Part shown: positions 57,937 to 64,000 of the stretch, in pieces
How positions within the stretch are numbered: position 1 is the first letter of the stretch
Layout of the letters: each line of letters opens with the position of its first letter
Assembly (NCBI GenBank): GCA_938040325.1
Contig: CALHXW010000314.1
Coordinates: forward strand, 9,154-73,153
Direction: 5' to 3'
Length of the DNA stretch: 64,000 bases
Source: an uncultured bacterium
Lineage (GTDB): Bacteria; Myxococcota_A; UBA9042; PHBI01
Position numbers and translations under genes: made by a program
Notes under the pieces: model-generated
Database searches by the model: none
Told to the model about the DNA's origin: nothing
The model's input: the letters and a program-made list of their open reading frames with translations, nothing else

Positions 57937-60399
57937 GTGCGCTACTCGCTCGAAGTCCAGAACATCCTGAAGTCAGCGCAGGAGCTTGCCCTCGGCGCCG
58001 AGCAGCCATTGACGACTGGCCATATCATGCTTGGAATGCTCACGAGCACCAGCCGTGCGGGGCGTATCCTCGAGGACCTCAAGGTCGACCCCGCGCGGTT
58101 GCTCGATGCCCTCGGCGCAGTCAAACGTGTCGAGCGGAAGCTGGCGGAGAGCGATGATCTCTTGTCGCTGGTCGAAGACCGCATGCACGACGCCGCTCAC
58201 CACTCGGGCGCAAGCTTGGTCTCAAGCCTGCACCTGCTGCTGGCGCTGACGCGCGAGAAGGCGGCGGTCGCCTACCAAGCGTTTTCGTTCATGGGGATTC
58301 CGCCGGTGGAGGTCCGGACGGCCGCACTCGGACAGATCACCGGTCCGGCGCCGCGAACGCTTCGGCCCAAGCGACCGATCGACGCCGCCTTTGCAGGCGA
58401 GCCGAGCTCCAGCGTCGGCCTACAGAACCCGCAGTTGACGCGGACCGCAACCCCCAAACCGCCAACGAAAGCCAAGAGACGGCGGACCACGCCGGTACCG
58501 AGCGGCGAGGACAACCCGTTCCTGGATGCCGACTCTGGCGAGACCCCTGGCGCCGACGACGGCTCAGGCGACGACTCGGCCCGCTACCGACTCGACCCGG
58601 AAGACTTCCCGATCCTCACGAGCCTCGGCAACAACCTCAGCTCGGATGCCTCCAAAGGACTCATCGACCCCGTCATCGGTCGGTCGCGTGAGATCGACAC
58701 CGTGATCGATGTCCTGAACAAGCGCCGCAGCAACAACCCCTGCCTCGTTGGCGAGCCAGGCGTTGGCAAGACAGCGATCGTTGAGGGGCTGGCACTCGCG
58801 CTCATCGAAAAGGGCGAACACGTCGCGGCACTCGCCGACCGGATCGTGATCGCCATCGACGTGGGGGCGTTGGTCGCAGGAACCGAGCTCCGCGGGTCGT
58901 TTTCCCGACGTATGGCCAAGCTCAAAGAAGAGGTGCGCGCCTCCAACGGACGCGTGATCGTCTTCATCGACGAGATCCACACGCTCGTGGGAGCCGGCAG
59001 CGGTGAGGGCGCGCTCGACGCTGCAAACGACCTGAAGGCTGCCCTCGCACGGGGTGAGTTCCCATGCATCGGCGCGACCACACCGCGCGAGTTCCATCGG
59101 TACATCGAAAAGGACCCGGCACTAGAGCGACGCTTTCAGGCCATCGAGATCGAGGAGCCAAGCGAAGAGGACGCCCTCACCATCGTCCAAGGCGTCCTCG
59201 ACAAGTACGAGGCACACCACGGCGTTCTCTACCAACCTGAGGCTGTTGAGGCCGCCGTCCGCCTCAGCCGCCGCTACATCGTTGACCGGCGACTGCCTGA
59301 CAAAGCCTTCAACCTCATCGACACGGCAGCCGCGCGCGCGGTGAGACGCGGCAACGAGGTTGTCGGCATCGAAGAGATCGCCGAGGTTGTCACGGAGCTG
59401 ACTCAGATCCCGACCGAGCGCCTCCTGATGACCGACGCCGACCGCATCCTCGGGCTACGCGACTTCCTCGCCGAGCGCATCATCGGCCACGACGAGGTGC
59501 TCGACGCGGTCAGTGAGGTCATCCAACGCAACAGCGCAGGGTTCTCATCGAAGCGACCCATCGGCTCGTTCCTCTTCCTCGGGCCGAGCGGGGTCGGAAA
59601 GACCGAGACGGCCAAGGCCCTCGCGGAGTTCCTCTTCTGCGAGCCCGAAGCGATGACCCGCTTTGACATGAGTGAGTTCATGGAGCGTCACGCCGTCAGC
59701 CGTCTGCTCGGAGCAGCCCCTGGCTATGTCGGCTACGAGGAAGCCGGGCAGCTCACAGCTGCGCTCAAGCGGCGGCCCTACCAGCTCATCTTGTTCGACG
59801 AGATCGAAAAGGCCCACCCGGACGCCCTGAACCTGCTGCTTCAGGTCCTCGACGAGGGCCGGCTGACCGACGCGAAGGGCCAGGCGCTCAACTTCGCAAA
59901 CACCGTGATCTTGATGACCTCCAACCTCGGCTCAGAGGTCTTCAGCAGCGGCAAGAGTCGCGGCATTGGATTCGGCGGGCCCGCAGACGGGGATGGCCGC
60001 ATGGCGCCAGCCCAGCGCGAAGCGATGGAGCGCGCGGCCAAGAAGGCACTACCGCCCGAGTTCTGGGGCCGAATCGACGAGAAGTGCCTCTTTGCGCCGC
60101 TCGGCGAGAGCGAGCTGGCCAGCATCGCCCGGCTGATGGTCGCCGAGTCGTCAAAGCAGCTCGAAGCGGAACGCGGTATCGGCTACACGGTTGACGACGC
60201 CGTGGTCACGCTCCTTGTGGCGCGCGTCGGGCAAGATCCCACCGTAGGCGCTCGACCCATGCGGCGGGCTGTTCAGCGCCTGTGCGAGACCGCGATTGCC
60301 CGCTCAGTGCTGGCAGGCGATGTCGATCGAGGCGCTCGCTTGCGACTCAGCGCCAGCGGCAACGAGCTTCAGGTCGAGCCCGAACCACAGCCAGGCTGA
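57937..60399 (+). CDS. ClpA/ClpC-type AAA+ ATPase (Clp_N + two AAA modules)
   Basis: GTG at 57937 lies 9 nt after GGAGG. The Clp_N repeat is present. Walker A motifs are GEPGVGKTAIVEGLA and GPSGVGKTETAKALA. The IGF tripeptide (SRGIGFGG) is a candidate ClpP-docking loop. The track start at 57649 adds a non-homologous extension. Confidence 0.9.
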   Translation: MRYSLEVQNILKSAQELALGAEQPLTTGHIMLGMLTSTSRAGRILEDLKVDPARLLDALGAVKRVERKLAESDDLLSLVEDRMHDAAHHSGASLVSSLHLLLALTREKAAVAYQAFSFMGIPPVEVRTAALGQITGPAPRTLRPKRPIDAAFAGEPSSSVGLQNPQLTRTATPKPPTKAKRRRTTPVPSGEDNPFLDADSGETPGADDGSGDDSARYRLDPEDFPILTSLGNNLSSDASKGLIDPVIGRSREIDTVIDVLNKRRSNNPCLVGEPGVGKTAIVEGLALALIEKGEHVAALADRIVIAIDVGALVAGTELRGSFSRRMAKLKEEVRASNGRVIVFIDEIHTLVGAGSGEGALDAANDLKAALARGEFPCIGATTPREFHRYIEKDPALERRFQAIEIEEPSEEDALTIVQGVLDKYEAHHGVLYQPEAVEAAVRLSRRYIVDRRLPDKAFNLIDTAAARAVRRGNEVVGIEEIAEVVTELTQIPTERLLMTDADRILGLRDFLAERIIGHDEVLDAVSEVIQRNSAGFSSKRPIGSFLFLGPSGVGKTETAKALAEFLFCEPEAMTRFDMSEFMERHAVSRLLGAAPGYVGYEEAGQLTAALKRRPYQLILFDEIEKAHPDALNLLLQVLDEGRLTDAKGQALNFANTVILMTSNLGSEVFSSGKSRGIGFGGPADGDGRMAPAQREAMERAAKKALPPEFWGRIDEKCLFAPLGESELASIARLMVAESSKQLEAERGIGYTVDDAVVTLLVARVGQDPTVGARPMRRAVQRLCETAIARSVLAGDVDRGARLRLSASGNELQVEPEPQPG

Positions 60400-60421
60400 C
60401 GGACCGAGCCCACGCGACATG

Positions 60422-60904
60422 TCAGCGCACCAGTCGAACCCGTACTTCCGAGGTGTCGGACTCGACAACCAAGTGCCCCGCGCGCTCGAAGACCTTTCCG
60501 TCCCGAGCCTTTAGCTTGGCAATGACAGCGTACCGCCCCTCCGGGACCTGCAGCTGCGCAGCTGGGCTCACAGGGCTCTGGAACCCGTCGGGGAAGGCCA
60601 TGTGCGTCTCACCGATACGCTGACCATCGCCATCGTAGTAGGTCGCATCGAGCTGGATGATGTCTTGCATCGCGGCATTGCCGGCCACGCCGTAGACGAC
60701 CGGGCCGATCTCGAACCGGACCGACGCGTCAGCCGCCACGACATCGCGGAAGAGCAGCACCCCAACCACGACAAATGCCACCAGAAATCCACGCGCCAGC
60801 CAGGGTCGCTTCGAAGGCTTGGATGAGGGAGCGGATGGTTTCGGTTCAGCGGACACGGGCGAGTTTTTAGAACGGCTGGCCCCGCGATGATAGGAGAAGT
60901 TCAT
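60422..60904 (-). CDS. Hypothetical single-pass membrane protein
   Basis: A Lys/Ser/Pro-rich N-terminus is followed by the TM helix GFLVAFVVVGVLLF and a beta-rich ~100 aa region. The start codon shares CATG with the ddl start. Confidence 0.5.
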   Translation of the reverse strand: MNFSYHRGASRSKNSPVSAEPKPSAPSSKPSKRPWLARGFLVAFVVVGVLLFRDVVAADASVRFEIGPVVYGVAGNAAMQDIIQLDATYYDGDGQRIGETHMAFPDGFQSPVSPAAQLQVPEGRYAVIAKLKARDGKVFERAGHLVVESDTSEVRVRLVR

Positions 60905-61883
60905 GCGAGTGGTTGTCCTAACAGGCGGAAGAAGTGGCGAGCACGAGGTCTCATTGCGGTCGGGCGCCGCGGTGCTGACGGCTCTTGCCGAGCTCGAGCA
61001 TCACGCGATGGAGTGGCGCTTTGCCCGCACCGGCGGATCGCAGCTCTTGGCCACGGGCGCCCCGCCTACCGAGGCCAAGGACCTTGGCACAGCCATTGGC
61101 GAGGTCATGGCGTTCGCTCCCGACGTCGCGTTCATCGCGATGCATGGCGGCGACGGTGAGGACGGACGCCTTCAGGGACTGCTCGACCTCCTCAACATCC
61201 CCTACCAGGGCTCTGGCTTGCGAGCGTCGGCCCTCGGCTTAGACAAGGCCGCGACCAAGGAGCGTTTCCGTGCGCGCGGAATCGCCGTCGCCCCAGACGT
61301 GGTGGCACGTCGCGGTGTGCCGCATGAGAGTGCAGCGATCGTCGCCGAGCTCGGACTCCCGCTCGTTCTCAAGACGCGAGAGAGCGGATCGAGCGTTGGC
61401 GTCGAGCTTGTGTCGACAGACGACGACGCCAAGACCCGCCTCGCTGCGTTGCTCATGACCTCCGACGAGGTCGTCTGTGAGCAGTTTGTCGAGGGCCGGG
61501 AGTTCACGGCGGCTGTGCTTGAGCGTGTCGATGGTTCACTAGAGGCTCTGCCAATCGTCGAGATCAGACCCAAGACGGCGGCATTCTTCGACTTCGAGGC
61601 AAAGTACACGCCAGGCGCGACCGACGAGATCTGCCCGGCGCCGATCGCCCCTGCCCTACGAGACGACCTACAGGCAATGGGCCTCGCCGCCCACCAGGCT
61701 TTGGGCTGCCGCGGCTATAGCCGCACCGACGTGATCGTCGGGCCGAATGGGCCGATCGCGCTTGAGACAAACACACTGCCGGGGCTCACGAAGGAGAGCC
61801 TGCTGCCAAAGGCGGCGAGCGCCAGTGGACTCACCTTCTCCGCGTTGATTGCGCGTCTCTTGGCACGCGCTCGAACCGACTAA
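60903..61883 (+). CDS. ddl: D-alanine--D-alanine ligase
   Basis: MRVVVLTGGRSGEHEVSLRSG N-terminus and ATP-grasp core (LPLVLKTRESGSSVGV, ALETNTLPGLT). GGAG lies 6 nt upstream. Confidence 0.95.
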   Translation: MRVVVLTGGRSGEHEVSLRSGAAVLTALAELEHHAMEWRFARTGGSQLLATGAPPTEAKDLGTAIGEVMAFAPDVAFIAMHGGDGEDGRLQGLLDLLNIPYQGSGLRASALGLDKAATKERFRARGIAVAPDVVARRGVPHESAAIVAELGLPLVLKTRESGSSVGVELVSTDDDAKTRLAALLMTSDEVVCEQFVEGREFTAAVLERVDGSLEALPIVEIRPKTAAFFDFEAKYTPGATDEICPAPIAPALRDDLQAMGLAAHQALGCRGYSRTDVIVGPNGPIALETNTLPGLTKESLLPKAASASGLTFSALIARLLARARTD

Positions 61884-62137
61884 CGCCCGCGCTGCGGCGC
61901 AATAACCACCCGCCATCACGACACTTCCCCGGACACATCCCGCATAGCCGAAGGCACGATGCTCTCTGTCCGTGCCCGGGACCACGGGCCCCGATGAGCA
62001 GCGCGCCTAGGCGCGTTGTTGTGCGCTGCGCTTGAAATGAGCGTTGGACCCGCTATCCTGCGTTGCTGAAGATGACCTCTGGTCGGGGTCATCGGGGTTA
62101 CCGGGCCCGTCACAGGGTCCGCAATCGGGGAATGTCG

Positions 62138-64000
62138 ATGCAGAGGTTTTTAGTCGCTGGCTTGTTGGCCAGTTCGATGTGGATTTTCAACGCGTGTTCA
62201 GGCTGCGACGATGACGAGGGCGGTGGTGCAGACACCGGCCAGGTTGTTGACACCGGCGCGGACACTACAACTGGTGAAGACACAGGCTCTGACACTGCCT
62301 TGCCGCCCGACACGACAGAGGACGACACGGCGGTGGCGGACACGGCGGTCGATGACGACACGGCGATGGCAGACACCGCCATGGACGACACGGCGGACAT
62401 GGACACCGCCATCGACGACACGAACATGGACGATACCAACCCAATCGACACCACGCCCGACGACACGAGCATGGCGACTGGTCCGCAGATCGAGGTCGCC
62501 AAGGCCGACGACTGCGCGTCGCTGGGTACGCCGACGACCGAGGATCTTCCTTGGTCCGACGCCGACGACAACACCAACTACACCAACAGCTTTAGCTACC
62601 ACGCGGGAGCCTGCAACGACCAAGTGACACCGACCGAGTATGGCCTGGGCTCGCCAGACGTGCTCTACGCCATCACGGCGCTTGAGGACGGCGCTCTTGT
62701 GATCGACCTTGAGACAACGGTCGACCTCGCGCTGACCGTGACAGGCGTCTGTGGCGATTCGCTCAACAGCTGCGTTGCTGAGAGCGACCTCGTCGGTGAC
62801 GTGACCGTGGAGACGGCCACCTTCGACGTGACTGCAGGCACGACCTACTACGTGCAGGTCGACGGCTGGGAAAACGATGCCGTCGTCGCCGGTAGCTACA
62901 CCCTCAACGTCAACCTCGCAGAGAACTGCAGCGACGGCATCGACAACAACGGCGACAACGCCGCTGACTGCCAAGACCTCGCGTGCGCCGACGCGCCCAA
63001 CTGCGACGAGGGCAACACCGACCTCTACCCCGACGGCTGCTTGCCGGGTGACGGCGTCGACAACGACGACGACGGCCTCTTTGACTGTGCTGACCCCGAC
63101 TGCGCCGGCGTTGCCGAGTGTGACGAGGGCGACACGACGCTCTACCCCACAGGCTGCGATCCGCTCGACACCAACGACGACGACCAGGACGGCTTGCTGA
63201 ACTGCGCCGACCCCGACTGCGACGGCGCCGCCGCCTGCAACGAGGGCGACGACACGCTCTACCCGGGCGGCTGCAACCCGCTCGACGCAGCGGACGACGA
63301 CCTGGACGGCCTGCTGAACTGCGCCGACCCCGACTGCGCCGACGAGCCCGCTTGCAACGAAGCGGATGACGGCCTCTACGCCAACGGCTGCCTCAACGGC
63401 ACCGACGACGACCTCGACGGCGACTCGGACTGCGATGACAGCGACTGCCAGGCCAACCCGGCCTGCCTTGGCCCGGGCGACTCGTGCGACCAGCCGCTGC
63501 CGCTCATCGCTGAGGCCGCGCCGGCGACGTTCGACAGCTGCAACTACGTCGACGTGGTCAAGGCCACGGGCGAGTCCAACGGCTGCCAGTCGAACTCAAC
63601 GACCTCCACGGGTCAAGACGTCTGGTTCGAGTTCGTCGCGCCCGCACCTGGGCCCTACGTGGTCACGGTCGACGGCACCTTCGACTCGGTCGTCAACGCC
63701 TTTGACGCAACGACCGCTTGCCCCGCGGCGGGTGACTACGATGCATGCATCGACGGCTCGGACGCCGGCTCGGTCGAGACGGTTCAGTTCACTGCGACGG
63801 CCGCCAACGAGTCCTTCATCATCGTCGTTGACGGCTGGAGCACCGCCTGCGGTTCGTTCGACATCAGCGCAATGGCTGTTCCGCCAGAAGACTGCACCGA
63901 CGGCACCGACAACGATCTCGACGGCGACGCAGACTGTGACGACTCCGACTGCCAGAACCTCGTCGCCTGCAACGAGTTCGCCGGCGGCGCTGGCGCTTGC
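62138..64000 (+). CDS. Partial (3' end outside the window) secreted lipoprotein: acidic Asp/Thr linker, PPC-like domains, ~39-aa Cys4/Asp-rich repeats. Not in the supplied ORF track
   Basis: Hand translation of 621 codons shows no stop. It begins MQRFLVAGLLASSMWIFNACSGCDDDEGG (lipobox FNAC). DTAVADTAVDDDTAMADTAMDDT linker. TAGTTYYVQVDGWENDAVVAGSYTLNVNL resembles a PPC domain. Repeats take the form DEGDTTLYPTGCDPLDTNDDDQDGLLNCADPDCDGAAAC. Confidence 0.75.
   Translation, partial: MQRFLVAGLLASSMWIFNACSGCDDDEGGGADTGQVVDTGADTTTGEDTGSDTALPPDTTEDDTAVADTAVDDDTAMADTAMDDTADMDTAIDDTNMDDTNPIDTTPDDTSMATGPQIEVAKADDCASLGTPTTEDLPWSDADDNTNYTNSFSYHAGACNDQVTPTEYGLGSPDVLYAITALEDGALVIDLETTVDLALTVTGVCGDSLNSCVAESDLVGDVTVETATFDVTAGTTYYVQVDGWENDAVVAGSYTLNVNLAENCSDGIDNNGDNAADCQDLACADAPNCDEGNTDLYPDGCLPGDGVDNDDDGLFDCADPDCAGVAECDEGDTTLYPTGCDPLDTNDDDQDGLLNCADPDCDGAAACNEGDDTLYPGGCNPLDAADDDLDGLLNCADPDCADEPACNEADDGLYANGCLNGTDDDLDGDSDCDDSDCQANPACLGPGDSCDQPLPLIAEAAPATFDSCNYVDVVKATGESNGCQSNSTTSTGQDVWFEFVAPAPGPYVVTVDGTFDSVVNAFDATTACPAAGDYDACIDGSDAGSVETVQFTATAANESFIIVVDGWSTACGSFDISAMAVPPEDCTDGTDNDLDGDADCDDSDCQNLVACNEFAGGAGAC

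Noticed and set aside
61884-62137. Hairpins and palindromes in the ddl-downstream intergenic region (GGCACG-N12-CGTGCC, CGCGCCTAGGCGCG, GATGACC-N8-GGTCATC), considered as a riboswitch or sRNA
   Set aside because: There is no recognisable riboswitch consensus and no U-tract terminators. Short GC-rich palindromes are expected by chance at this GC content, and conservation data would be needed.
62110-62974. Minus-strand ORFs 62110..62577 and 62198..62974 and plus-strand ORFs 62211..62627 and 62877..63200
   Set aside because: These are shadows or off-frame readings of the long plus-strand lipoprotein ORF starting at 62138, which has a signal peptide, a lipobox and structured repeats.
25483-64000. 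Search for mobile elements, tRNA/rRNA genes and defence systems (restriction-modification, toxin-antitoxin, CRISPR-Cas, Cas-like nucleases) in the right-hand 38 kb
   Set aside because: No integrase, transposase, nuclease, tRNA-like cloverleaf or rRNA signatures were recognised. Apart from the RHH-kinase cassette, the genes are ordinary metabolism, envelope and housekeeping functions.

Overview
High-GC bacterial chromosome segment. Several features suggest Myxococcota: a MYXO-CTERM-like tail, MopE-type Cys/Asp repeats, a TSP3-repeat outer-membrane protein and many lipobox proteins. About 60 genes are supported. No rRNA, tRNA, CRISPR array, transposase or integrase was seen. The ORF track prints GTG/TTG starts as M, and many listed long ORFs are antisense shadows typical of high-GC DNA. 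Several starts were re-assigned using 4-nt stop/start overlaps and Shine-Dalgarno motifs. Main result: positions ~0.9-25.4 kb form a tightly packed island unusually rich in radical SAM (rSAM) enzymes. It holds seven proteins with CxxxCxxC triads: four paralogous twitch/SPASM-type, one Zn-ribbon type, one B12-binding type of 953 aa and one HemN-like. It also holds a UbiA-family prenyltransferase, a DegT-type aminotransferase, a class I methyltransferase, two polytopic membrane proteins and a GT-like protein. An 8-gene operon in the island looks like a Kdo/nonulosonate-type CMP-sugar-acid pathway with an HpcH-family aldolase in the synthase slot. I cannot match the ensemble to any characterised pathway from memory, and database searches are needed to confirm novelty. 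The left ~11.8 kb of the island has visibly lower third-codon-position GC (GC3) than the rest. The remainder of the window contains: a TetR regulator with an FAD oxidoreductase; a secreted M15 peptidase with Cys-rich repeats followed by an eighth rSAM enzyme and an RlmG/RsmC-like methyltransferase; and a liuBCDE-like leucine catabolism operon whose carboxylase alpha subunit is split by a 5-bp tandem duplication. Further along are secreted Asp/Thr-repeat lipoproteins, a ribbon-helix-helix (RHH) protein plus ABC1-kinase bicistron bracketed by repeats, and two YceI proteins. The remaining genes encode NUDIX, GNAT/SCP2, MBL-fold, LEA_2, PPK2, FolC, LigA, an enoyl-CoA hydratase, a ClpA/C-type ATPase and Ddl. 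A large Cys-rich lipoprotein ORF (62138..64000, open at the window end) is missing from the ORF track.
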